A stretch of DNA of 64,000 nt from Psammoneis japonica (lineage: Eukaryota), in NCBI GenBank assembly GCA_008632985.1, contig QPGO01000186.1, positions 1 through 64,000 of the forward strand, read 5' to 3'. Of the stretch, positions 25,114 through 37,299 are shown piece by piece. Made by a program: the position numbers and the translations under genes. The first letter of the stretch is position 1. Every line of letters starts with the position of its first letter. The notes beneath the pieces are model-generated. The model saw only the letters and a program-made list of their open reading frames with translations, was not told where the DNA came from and did not search any database.

Positions 25114-25460
25114 GGTGATACCAACAGCACGATTGCAGTGACAGCAAACAAAAAGAGTGACCGAAACCTGCTGCCGCAACACAAAACACGAGGCGCAAAA
25201 CGGGAACGAGGCACGAGGGTCAGTCACGAATCAACAATCTTTCATGGAAAGGAAAAGCTCGCAAGGACCAAGGCAAGGACTCTGTGCTTTGCATGCTAAC
25301 TCAGCACTACATGTATTACGATCTCCAAATTTCCCACACTTCACCGAGTACCGGTAGCTTATTTAAAGTCTCTCTTCTCTGATAAGGTTTCTATTTTCTC
25401 ATTTCATAATTAGCAAATTTATTGATTTCTTGAGTTCCGCTCTATGCTGAATTCTCGATT

Positions 25461-28208
25461 CTATCGGCTGTCCAAGTTTGTTGAGTTGCTACCCTTTTGG
25501 GTGTTCTTTTTCTTCATCATTGATTCGGGAAACTTGCCTTCAATGGAACCCTTATTCATCCATATTTCTCCTCCCAAGGACGACGCATCCCATCTTACAA
25601 CTTCCAGGTCATCGCTTTTCTTCAGCACTTCCTTCATCGAGGGCTCTGCTTTTTCTGTGGATGTGTCGGTTCGTAGGTTATATTCAGTAATTTGTGTCTC
25701 GTCCTGAAGTTGAAATGATTCTCGCATGTATCTTTCATACACTTGCTGTGCAGCATCAACATGTCCCGCGCGTTGTTCCATCAGCTCATATGATCGCCAT
25801 ACCGACAGCTTATCTTCACTGGACGACGGGAACTGCTTTAGTGCACCTGGGTTAAACCGAAAACAGAAAGAGGATGGAGGTTGATTCTCAGTTCATCTGT
25901 TCAAAAAGCAAAACTCATGAAGACAATGAGATTACTCACGTTCAAATATATGTGTAGCATCGGCGTAATTGCCAATATCAGCTTCCATCTGTGTCCAAGC
26001 GGTTATTGTGGCTACATTGCGGTTGTCAGCATCGAGAGCACGGTTAAAACAACGTCGAGCTGCCGCATAGTCTCCTTCTCGAGCCTCCAAAACACCCCAT
26101 GCTTGCCATAATCGAGCACATCGGTACCCTCCACTTTGCCCGCCCGTTAGCTGCGCGCAAGCCCAAATGCCCTGTTGAAAGATGTCCCTCGCCTTTTGGG
26201 GTGTTCCATATCGAGTTTCCAACACACCCCACGCCTGCCAAACAGGTGCGTGTCTTTTGTTAACTTCTGTGCCGCGCTGCAACCTACAAAAACACAATGA
26301 CGCAACACAGCGCAACAAAACGAATTAGTCGCCTCGTCGCCTCATTCTTCAATGAACCGCTGCCACCCCTACTCGATAACTTACAAGTCTCGCGCCGCAT
26401 CGATGTCACCTAGTTTCGCAACGTAAAGTGCATAGGGCTGCAGAACGCCCGCATCCCTCGGGTTGACCTTGAGTGCCCGTTCGAACAAGTCAATTGCTTT
26501 TCTGCTGTCACCGTCCGGACGCTTCGTTTCCATAAGTGCATATGCCTGAAGGACACGAGAATTTCTCTGGTCAAACTTGAGAACAGTTTCAAAGCATTCT
26601 GTCGCTTCGGCCCAGTTTTCTTTATTTGTCTCCAGCACTCCAAGCTGCAGCCATGCTGCGGAGCATTTGGGATCCACATCTATAGCTTTCTGAAATAGTT
26701 CTCTAGCTTTTCTCACGTCACCAGCCTTTTTGTATTCCAGTGATGCCCATGCAGTGTAGACATAGGATGAAGGTTTGAGATTGGCTCGTTTCAGCTCTCT
26801 TTCTGCCGTCTGATAGCATATCCGCCCAGCAGCAGCACCCTGTCGAAGCTTTCGGGTTCGCAGCTGCGCAAGGGATACCCATGCGGCAGCGTGGGTAGGT
26901 TTTGACTTCACAGCTGCAATATATTGGGCTTCTGCTTCAGACAGATGCCCCATCCTCTCTTCCAAACACCCCAGAGCCTGTAACAGAAACGGATTGGCAC
27001 CCACGTCGGACGACACCTCGTCGCTATTGATGTTTGCTACAGCGTTAGCAATCCCAACGCGAAGCCATTCCTTGGCACGCTTAAAGTCTCTACGACGTTG
27101 AGCAATGCGCGAAAGCCCAAGGTATGCCCGACCGTCACGAGGATCCATTTCTACAGCCTTTTCATAAAATTCTTGCGCCTCTTCTACTCGTCCATGCTTT
27201 AGTTCGTTCTTGGCATAGTAGTTGAGTCGATCCAGATTAACAACGAGAGCTCGGCCTAATCTGACCCCGTCGCGAAATTGAACGGCGCCTTCTCTTACAA
27301 GCGAGGAATCGTAGTAGCTTCCAGCTTCCGTGCGCCGATAGCCATAAACACTTTCTTCAACCTTTTGAGAAAGATAGTCAACGGTTACAGTCGTATTCTG
27401 AGGCGACCTTTTCATTTTTTCCTTGGCTGTCTTTGCGGTTTTCGCCTCGGCTGCGGTAGCTTCTTTTAAAAGCCTCTTTTTCTCGTCACGTGGCTGTGGT
27501 TGTATGGTAGGTGCAAGCAAATCAGATACCGGTAACAACGGCTTGGTTTCTGGTGCGACTTGTTCAGGTTCCAGGTTAGGTGTGCTGGAGGCTGTCGCTT
27601 TTTTCACCGCCGGAGCGCTTCTCGCGCTCCCGGGATGCTGGCTGGCAAGATCTTTATCACGCTTGGCAATTCCATACAAATCACGTTCTACGCTTTCTTC
27701 ATCCCAAACTGGTTCGGGAAGAGAGATTCAAACCCCAAATGGACGGAGGTGCTTTCCCACCATTAATTCTCATTTGCTCGTACGCCTCCTGTCGTTTTCT
27801 CCGCAGTTGATCATTTTCCTTTTCTGTTATTGGCTTTTCACGCTTCCGATTATACTTTTTTCTTCTTTTGCTCCGTATTGTCCCGCTTGCTTTCGCGTCA
27901 CCACCCTGTTTTAGTAAAAGTCGTTGTGTTTTGGATTTTCTTGAAATTCTTTCTCGTTGGGATCCTGCTGATGATTCGCCTTGACTCGAGGGAGGCGGTG
28001 AAAGCACCATGCCTATCCGTGCTCGAGGAAACTGAGGGCAGTACCCAGATCTAGGAGGCGTCAGGCGCATAAATCTGGCGGATGGCATGAATGCCCAAAC
28101 TTGTGTTTGCAGTAGGGTCGTCAGAAGAAAAGATAATACAACACATGGTCTCAGTGATGAAAATGTGCCGGCATTTGGTCGATGCCGACGATGGCTCGTT
28201 GGAATCAT
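25461..28208 (-). CDS. HAT/TPR-repeat protein resembling plastid RNA-maturation factors HCF107/Mbb1; multi-exon, two apparent 1-nt deletions near 27715-27735
   Basis: Hydrophobic presequence ending VWA-FMP. HAT/TPR repeats include DPRDGRAYLGL, NPFLLQALGCLEERMG, HAPVWQAWGVLE and ARLWQAWGVLEAREG. Confidence 0.8.
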
Positions 28209-28956
28209 GATTTTTCTATTTCTCGTCACAGTAGCTTCAGGCTGCTCACTCAACAACTTCATGAGTAATCTCTGCGATTTCTTGAACAAACTCTCTAGTG
28301 GTTTCAGATTCAACAGCTGTTCCCTTTCGATATTGTTGGAGAAAGACGTTCTTTGTTGTGGTCGTCGTTCTCTCGTTGCGTTGTGTGCCTTTCTCACTTC
28401 AAATCTCCATACGATACATTCCGTGACAGAACTTCAACTTGTGTAGGTGTCCGTATGTAATCTTCGTTTGCTAGTGAGGAATGCAGAATCGTAGAGGATA
28501 AAAAGAATGCATTCGGCCAGACTGCCAGATGGGCCGCGCGATGACGTGGAAGGGAGAATGCAACGACGGATGACAGAAGTACGTACTTAGTCGAGCGAGT
28601 CGTTCGATCTGAAGATGATTCGGCCCAAAAGGCCCAACGCACCGCGACAACCGACAACGTGTCGCGCTTCTCCATTTTTTTTTGCTTTGAGCTTTTTGAC
28701 TTGAAGCCGAAGGACAGAAAACGCAGTGTTGGCGGCGTCGAGGAAAGAATTCTAGTAGAGTACTTGTCACATTTTAAAACAGCTACAGGGACGGCCTGAT
28801 CTGTCTGGAAGTGTTAAAGTCATTCTGAGAAAAGAAAACCCAAGGAATATAGTCAACATTCGATTGAACTCACGAACGCATAAGTTTTCCGTCGAAACCT
28901 GAAACATGTCTGATGGTCCGGCCTCGCGATCAGTAACCAAAAAAATTGGAAACAAC

Positions 28957-31900
28957 ATGAACTGTTCGGAGCTCCTTCGTCGCGTGCAGCAAGCTGAATC
29001 ATCACTTCCCGAGGGTGCGATGCCTGTCTTTGGGCACCCACCACAACCTACCGTCCACGCGTGTCAACTCAAAGAAAATGTGGACGATGAAGAGGAGGAT
29101 GCCGTGTTTATTTTAATGGCGCGATCGAGACGCTGTGTATGCGTGCAACTATGGACGTGTGCGACAACAGATGATGATGAGTCTTGGGAGGAACTGTCAC
29201 AACCAAGCAAAGTTTTGGACGTTTTGATCCTTGGTGAACCATCACTCGGTCCATCTTCGGACTACCACGTACAAAATGATGAGGAAGAGAGCATAACCTG
29301 TGCTACTGTTCTAGCGTTGGATAGAAATTTCCCTTATGACAAGAGAGACTCAGTACCTCGTCTTACACCAGTGACTGTTGTTGTTGGAACAAGTTACTCT
29401 CGAGTGTTATCCGTCGAAATGGTGATGGAATCATGGACGACAGGACATAGGACTATTCGTCTCAACAACGAAGACAATTTTGTATTCGAACCTCTGCCAT
29501 TAGATCAAGAGTCACCCATACAGTTAAAGAGCGGTGTGGATTCTGCTGCAGACCATGATCAGAGTTTTTCGGAAATGTCAATGACCTCTGAAAACGATGA
29601 TGGAACTACTAGGGAGGAGCAGAGCAAAAGTGACAAACTGTCTAAAGAACAACACCGTCATCCTTTTTCTCCACAAGGTGGAGTGACTAGCTTGCATCCA
29701 TTTGTTTTGAAAACAACCACGAAAGAAGGATCGACGTTTGTCTGGGTTTCCTACCGTGATGGGACAATCGTGCGATTGCACCACGCTGGTTTCTTTTGGT
29801 CCATCATAACAGATGACACAACACGTCTTGGACCAGATGCCCTAATCAGAACACGGGTCTTGCTCCCGCCGTCCATGGAGGCAGCCGGAACGACGGTGTT
29901 AGCACTACCAAAGTATCATCCGTCACCCTTTTCCCCATTACCACCGATACACACAAAGTTGCCAGAACAAGCACCGTTAGACGACGTTGATGATAACGAA
30001 TCCTCGACTACTGACAGCAAGACAGCAGAACAGGACGAAGATGATTACGTTGATTTTGTCCCTGATGTTCACGAGGCCTTATCATATGGAATTGACAGCA
30101 GTGCTGTGGGCCTAGCTGATCAAGCCGACTTGCCTGCTTTGTCGTTTCATACTTCTGAGAATCATTTTGATCGACGAGCTTTTGATGATACCGAGAACGA
30201 TGGCCGGAAGTCGTCCTCCAAGGATAGCGAAATCCTTGGCAATGTACTCGGAGGTGCCAAGAAAATAGTTGGTGGAGTATTTGGTGGTGCCATTGGAGTA
30301 GTCAAATGGGGCTTGGGTGGCGGAAGAAAGGAAGAGGTTGGTCCTCGTTTCAGCTTTTCAACGTTACAGATGACTTGCTTTTTCTAAACATTTTCATGAC
30401 TTCTCGTTGTTTATTGTGGATTAGGACGAAGCGGATGGAGAAGGGTCAACTCATGACGCTCGGATATGATTATATCTAACTCTGCTAGTGGCTTGGTTTC
30501 GTTTCCAGGAATGCATGTTGCCCCATTGATCTGTTCACAGGCTTTGAAATGCACGACGCTCCGCGACAGGTGAATTTTGTTTCGATCGATCCTGCGGGCA
30601 ATCTCCTAGCGGCAGCTGACAATCTCGGGCGAGTGTTGCTGATTGATCTTTCTACAAAACAAGTCGTCAGGATGTGGAAAGGAGTTAGAGAAGCTTCGTG
30701 TTGTTGGATCGAGATGAATGGCCGAGAAAGGACTGAAGAAGACCACCGATTCAAGAGAAGTGATCTCTATCTTGTTATCCATTCAAAGCAACGACGAGTT
30801 GTAGAAATATGGAAAATGCGTCATGGGTCGAAAGTCAAGTCGATACAAGTTGGCCGAGAGGCTCAAATTGTGCAATACCACGAATCAACCGAAAGAGGCA
30901 GTTTGGCTGGGTATGTGTTTCTGGAGTGTCTGAATACTTTGCACGTTCTCAACCTCATCCCAATGTGCTTTTTTGGTTATTTGGTTTCAGCTGCTTGTTG
31001 GTGCACGCCGCCACAACAGGGACGACCCAGAATCAGGTAGAGACACTATCTATTACCGACACAGAAACTGCTAGCAGAGGCACACACGAGAGTAAGCAGC
31101 GTTCTCCAGGTAGAAAAAACCTCCTGAAGTCGACGCATGACGCTACACTACGTCTTCAACTGCTCCAACAGCTTCTTGCAGACACCAATGTACCTTCAAA
31201 CACGCACGCAGTATACGACGCTCTAACAGGCATTACGTCATTAACCGACCTCGCCTCAGCCCTAGATCTACTGGCTGTGTCGCCGCAGCTGGAAAAGAGT
31301 ATGGATGTGGATGGTTCATCCTTTCAGTCAATTGCAATTTCTTACTGCAGAGAGAAACTCGACGAGGTAGTCAAGGATACTGGAGAGAAGGCGTACACGA
31401 ACGCAAACGTTAAGGAGCTCTTGTCGAAAATTACCTTTCACACACAGGTGGGTTAGTCGATATACCAAAGCTTGCAGTAAGAATTGCAGTCTCTCACCGT
31501 GCCTGTTCCTGTTTTCCGCAAAAGGTTGTAGACGCGTACAACATATTGAGCAAGTTTGAGAGTGAGCGGCATTTTGACGATGAGGACGACGTAAATCTTC
31601 TTCCTAGATCTGCGTGGGCCGTCGAGTCACTTGGATGGATTGATGCATTCGAGCGGGTGACTGATATAGGCGCCAAGTCCGGAAAAGATGCATCCGCAAA
31701 ATCGAATCGATCCGATCGTTTGCTTTTTGCGACGTTTGCGAAAGCTTGCAGCGGTTCTGACCTGGAAACAGTTTTTCGCAAGGGTATCAAAGGTTGCAAG
31801 CACCATGTGCATTTCACAGACAGCTCCAGGTCTCGGATAGAAATATTGGTGAGTGGGGAATGATCGTACCGTTTATCTGTCAACGTGAATGTGTCTCACA

Positions 31901-34213
31901 CATCGCTTCTTTGCTAACGAAGGTACGATTATTCAAACCACTACTCCAAGACGTCTTTGCCTTCAAAGTGGTGAACTCAATCTTCAGAACCTTATCCATA
32001 GACACCGACTACGACTACCTGCTAAAGGTACTTTTTTATTACCAGGCTCCTTTGCTACTCCTCGGTAGTTTGCAGCAGTCTAACGTTCATGTGTTTGCTC
32101 CCTTCTTTAGTGTTTTGGAGAGTGGTTCATGACGCTTTCCGTGAGGCAAGCTGCGCAGAAAAGCTTTTTCATTTGGAATTCGCCCATGGTCCGTTGGTTG
32201 CAGGGAATCGTCAGTTGTCAGCTTGATGATGGTGTACCTCCGGAATCGCTGTTGCATGCACTTCACTCGTTCTGCTACCAATCTGATCATCTTGTAAGAG
32301 CGTTCCTTCTTGCGGCGCTGTGTCACGAAGCCATAGCTTTGGCTGCTAGGCAGAAAGAAGAGAAAACGTATGGCAAAGTATCTTATGCTGCTGCAGGTAC
32401 GCCTTTATGAAAGGAGGTATGGCGGGGAGCGCTTTTGATTGCGTACCGCTGTTTCTAACCATTTCCTTGCGCATGCATCTCGTATCAAGTTGGACCATGG
32501 GAATCACTGTTGCGAAAGATACGAGTCTGTGTCTTTGTATCGTTACGTCTACATGGAATATCTCTTGGATCCTTCCCTGTTACGGTTTGTAATGTGGACG
32601 CTGAAGACATATTTTCAATTTGCCAGTGGGTCGCCAGAGACGAGCTACTTTCAAGTCACAAACAAGAGGAGATTGCCATGCTTGAGGCCTCCTGCAAAGA
32701 CAGCGGGTTGATATTTCGTCCATCCCTTGAAGAAGGTGACGATCCTCTTCGCTTGAAACGATTACAGAAGGCGTGTACCTCCAGAGCTCTTCCAAAACGA
32801 GACACTCGCGGTGGCGAAAACGTTTCTATCCGGGACGACAAGCCTGGTGCCTTGCTGCTCTACCTCTGCGATTTCAACAGCCCATTGTTTTTGGTGGCTC
32901 ATCGGGCATTGCTTCTTGCCGGGTTGTGGAGTCAAGAGGTACGTTAATCAAATTGTTATGTTTGTTGAGTCGACGTGTAAAGCTCATCTCACCGTAATCG
33001 CGTTGAACGCGACCTTGTCTTGCAGCCAACCTCGTTGCATACCTTGAAGGACTCGTTATCCGCTTTACAGGCACTAGAAGATTCTAGCACCAAACACGAA
33101 TCATCCCTTGTGGCTGCCGTTAGTGTAGAACTGTGGCAAACACACATTCGCCCCGTATATCGAGCGTTCCTCTTTGGTTTTCACGATGTACCAGAGTTGA
33201 GCGAGGATATCATTTCTCCACTCTTTAACGACACTGATTGGCTTTGTGGCTTGGGCGAAATGGCCTTGGCGATTCTCACTGTCATTGCAAGACTTGAAGA
33301 ACACGACGAGGATTATGAATATCTCTATGTTGCTACCGAAAAAGGCAAGGGCAGCAAAGAAAAGAAGAAGGAAGGCGATGAAGAGGACGACGATGGGAGC
33401 CAGGTTTGGCCACCGGTCCGGGATGACTTCATGCTGAAACGCCTCGTCCAGAAAACCAAACGAGCTGAACCTGGTGGACTTGATTTACACCTTGCCGTGA
33501 TTTGTGCGACTCTTACGTCACCAAACGACGTTTCGTCGCTCTCTCGGTGCGTCGCTGGCTTTTATGATGCCTTTCTTCAGACGGCTCTCTTTTCCTCTCC
33601 ACCCGCTGCAACAGAATCGCAAAGACAAGAACGAGACGTGTTCTTGCGTCGCGCCATTGTCACCAAGGCCCAACGAACCACGGGAGGATTGGGCTTGAGC
33701 GGACCCGTACTTGACAGCTTGGAACTGGGCGAGGACATGGATACTCTTGCCAAGGTATGGAGTGTTCCAAGCGAGAATGTTCGCACCACATTTTTGCTGG
33801 CAATGTACGAACTTGGCAAGGATGAAATGGTGGATGACTTGGTCATTATTCAGGTCCAGTACCTGGATGTTGACGTCTTTGTCACGCGTGGTATTGACAT
33901 TGCCTGTCGACGTTTGGATTGGACCATTGCCGATTTACGCGCCAGCTCGGCAAGACGACACGTACTTGCTCTGTTGGATGCGGAAACGTGTCAATGGATA
34001 CGAGAGCAAAGCACCAATAACGCGAGTCGGTCGTTGCTGGAGAAATATGGCGATGATAATACCCAAGTTGTTTGTGATGTTGCAATTTCCCTTACCCATA
34101 CCTTTATTCTCCGTTTGCTAAGTTTGAGTTCTGCTTCTGGAGACAAAGTGACGAGAGTTCAAATTCACTCCCTGAGTGTCCTTACCGGAACTCTGTTGAG
34201 GGAGCGAATCTAA
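28957..34213 (+). CDS. RAB3GAP2: Rab3 GTPase-activating protein non-catalytic subunit (RAB3GAP2)-like, multi-exon
   Basis: 30549-30850 reads DAPRQVNFVSIDPAGNLLAAADNLGRVLLIDL...VRMWKGVREA...LYLVIHSKQRRVVEIW, the RAB3GAP2 N-terminal signature. Co-oriented ORFs separated by GT-AG introns continue to the stop at 34213. Start may be 28906; exon limits not fully resolved. Confidence 0.75.
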
Positions 34214-34384
34214 GTTTTGTTAATCAAGCAAAGATTTTACTTTAAGTTAATGTAAGAGATGATCTAAAGATGATAATGATTAACTGACGCCACTTAAAAA
34301 AATATGCACATTGATACCGTACGACCGTACTGTGAAGAGTGAAGAGCATGAACGAACACAAAAAATATGACTTTGCATACGATA

Positions 34385-34873
34385 TCAACCGGATAGCGAT
34401 GCAAGTGGATGAGCAAGCAGAACAAGGTCATCACATCTCGAGTCATCAACAATCATGCTATCCCCAGATTCATCGTCGCTGTATTCATAATTCATCCCCG
34501 TGTCTTCTCCTTCTTCTTGTTGATTAGGCGGTTGCGGTGGTGCGGCCGCCGTGTCTTGATCGCCCAAATCATGAAGAAAGTTGTAACTGTCGCTCTTTCC
34601 AAAAGTGGAACCCTCGGCAGCCGTAAACACGGCAAACGTGTCGGGATCCGAGTGTGTTCTTCTGCTTTGTGGTTTCGTGCCTGGAACTTGCTCAGGCCGT
34701 TTTTGTGCTTCTGCCGTGGGTGTTTCACCACGAATCTTGATGTAGTATTCCGATCCTTCGTGACTACTTGTTGGTTGAGTTGCCGTTGTATCAATATTGG
34801 GAAAGATGCGACGACGCTGTGGGGGGAGCGGCGTTAGTATCTCTGGGGAGTGTTGGACCGATGTAGACGCCAT
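34385..34873 (-). CDS. Hypothetical low-complexity acidic protein (162 aa)
   Basis: ATG-initiated uninterrupted ORF with plausible composition; no recognisable domain. Confidence 0.5.
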   Translation of the reverse strand: MASTSVQHSPEILTPLPPQRRRIFPNIDTTATQPTSSHEGSEYYIKIRGETPTAEAQKRPEQVPGTKPQSRRTHSDPDTFAVFTAAEGSTFGKSDSYNFLHDLGDQDTAAAPPQPPNQQEEGEDTGMNYEYSDDESGDSMIVDDSRCDDLVLLAHPLASLSG

Positions 34874-35499
34874 GTTGTAACGTTGTAACTGTTGTTTCTC
34901 AGGGAAGAATCTGTCGGTGGTAAGTTTTCAGCTTTCTTCGATTGGTGCGAGTTGTACCTTGATGAGAACGGCACTGAAGCAACAAAGATCAATCAGATTG
35001 ATGCAAATAGAATCCTATCTTGATGAAAAGGATAGCAACGACAACGTGAACTTTGTCTCTACGCCTCTTGGAAGTGATGCTGGACAAAGCAATGCTATTG
35101 CTGTGAAGTGATGTTGGTTCCGTGGCGGTGCCATCCACATCGGCAAGAAAAATGCGTTCACGCGGTTTTGCGTAGAATCGTCGTAGACGTCAGTACTCGT
35201 GACAGCGCAATCAGATGGGTGACGTGGAACGCGACACCTTTTTGTTCTTTGTTCTTCATGCTAAAATATGTATGCAATACTTTATAAGTTCAATCTAAAT
35301 ACGATATTCAGAGCCATCTGTCAACTGCAACTCTCGTCAGTAGAGTTGCGTAGGAACAATATGTATTAGAATGCGTTCTATAAACTTCCTCCATTCGCGT
35401 AGATATCATTTGAAATTTCCCGCGTCATTTTTTACTCGTACAACCGTCGCTGTCGCTTGTACAGTACCGTATGTGCCGCATTTTTCTGTTGTAGTACTC

Positions 35500-35606
35500 T
35501 CTAGGCATCTACCTAATAGCTAGCTAGACTACACTCTACTCTAGCGAGCTAGAGTAGTAGTAGCTAGCTCTCTAGCTACTAGCTAGAGAGAGAGTAGAGA
35601 GTAGAA
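35500..35606. repeat. TAG/CTA/AGAG-rich low-complexity tract
   Basis: TAGCTAGCTAGACTACACTCTACTCTAGCGAGCTAGAGTAGTAGTAGCTAGCTCTCTAGCTACTAGCTAGAGAG; similar tracts at ~6835-6936, 8796-8822 and 17988-18117. Confidence 0.8.
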
Positions 35607-36265
35607 GGCCCTGCTGTACGCTGCGTATTCCCCAAGGCTCCACATTATACAAAAGTACGGTACATTAATTATTGTACCAACTACCTGTGTTATTCTTGCT
35701 TCAGCATATGGAATGCACTGGGAACCTACTCTCTAGGTCCTAGACTTTGTGCACTAGATGCTGACTCCGCACCTGGCAACCTCGACACATTCAAGCTCGA
35801 TTACCGGTATCTTCTTCTCTCTAGAGTAGAGAAAACCCACATTGATCCCCATTTCCCGTTTCTGGCATATTGGTTTGGTCTTTTGAAAATGTAAAACAAA
35901 ACTCCAAGTCGCTGAAGTGCGCGTTTGAATTCCACGTTTCGGCACACTGTTCTGCTGAGTTCAATCCAACATTCAAAAGAATGAACATGTTTTGTAGTCT
36001 AAGCTCTCGTTCTTTTCTACAGCTTTTAACTAGAAAAGTATGCAAGCCATGAATGATTTGGACTTAGGATTGCAAACATCTTTCAAAGTAGCTTTGGCTG
36101 GTGAATCTTCTCCACTTTTGGTCGCGTCCATGATCAAGGTCCTTCTACGCTAGTCATCTCAATAGAGTACGCTTGACGACTCAAGATTCCATTTCAATTT
36201 GTGACCGTGCGCATTCCCACAACAGCCTCGACCCATAAACAATCTCCGCCGAGGACGCAAACTGA

Positions 36266-36667
36266 TCAAAAAGCAGAGTGACTAAATTTGATATCATGCA
36301 TTGTACTCGGTTGACTGTGATCATGATCCTCTTCGTCATTGTCTTCTAGACTGAAATCATCGGTTCCACCCGTCGCGTGAGCCAACACCATTGGAAGACC
36401 ATTCTTACAATTTGGATTCAATGCCTTCATTTTGGTGTCGTCTGTTACCACGCAGTGCCAACTGCAACCAGGAACGACCTCTTTGCCGCACCAAATGAGT
36501 CGTAATACTTGGGGGGTCGCATTGGCACTGGTTTTCTTGAGCAAGTGCGGATAGAGTTGCTTCTTCACTTCTTGTCGAAAGTCGTCAAGCGTCAAGTCAC
36601 CAAAGCGGATTCTCGCTTGTTGACCAGAGAGGGACTCCACAATGACAAAGTCGTGTTCTTGGTACAT
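36266..36667 (-). CDS. Small protein with possible ubiquitin-like fold
   Basis: MYQEHDFVIVESLSGQ...TLDDFRQEV...LRLIWCGKEV resembles the Ubl pattern (xLxGK, TVxxLK, RLIFxGK). Confidence 0.5.
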   Translation of the reverse strand: MYQEHDFVIVESLSGQQARIRFGDLTLDDFRQEVKKQLYPHLLKKTSANATPQVLRLIWCGKEVVPGCSWHCVVTDDTKMKALNPNCKNGLPMVLAHATGGTDDFSLEDNDEEDHDHSQPSTMHDIKFSHSAF

Positions 36668-37299
36668 ATTTGTGTGTGTGTGTGTGTGAATGGATTGATA
36701 ACGTTGTTTTATGAGAGAGTGATGGCTCGAGAGACGGGGACGACACTCAACACGATCAACAACTTGCGGGACGCTTTTGCCGCCAACGACCCAGACAGAC
36801 CCACGACAAGCAAACGCGGACAGTTGGATTCGTTCGACTCTGTTGGTAACTTTTCTACGGAAATCCACACGTGGAAAAGACAACGCGCGCGCTTTTACCC
36901 GTCCGCATGCCGCATGCCTTGCTTTTTTCGCGCGCTCGAGACTGCTCGAGACTGCTCGAGAAGCAGGAGCAAGCTTTACTCTCTCTCTCAACTACCTAGA
37001 CCACTGCAGCCCCTCTAGTTTACGTACCACACCGGAACAACAGTGTGTAACTCGACAAACTTAGGCCATCAGTAAAACTAGTACGACAGAGCATATCGAC
37101 AGATCGACCCTTGGAGAAAGAGCGAGTTGATTCCGTTGCACAAGCGACAAAAGGGAACAGAATCCCCCAATGCTGGTACAGTTACTCGAATTTAACGAGC
37201 AAACTACTTTAGGAAAATACTGAATGAATCCAAGACAAACGCCAGCCACAATCTCTCATATGTTTCCGTCGACCCCCAAACACTTCTGCAATCACGGCT

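Noticed and set aside
36670..36688. (GT)n run, and poly-C/G runs at ~47732, 50258 and 57563
   Set aside because: Ordinary simple repeats with no further structure.
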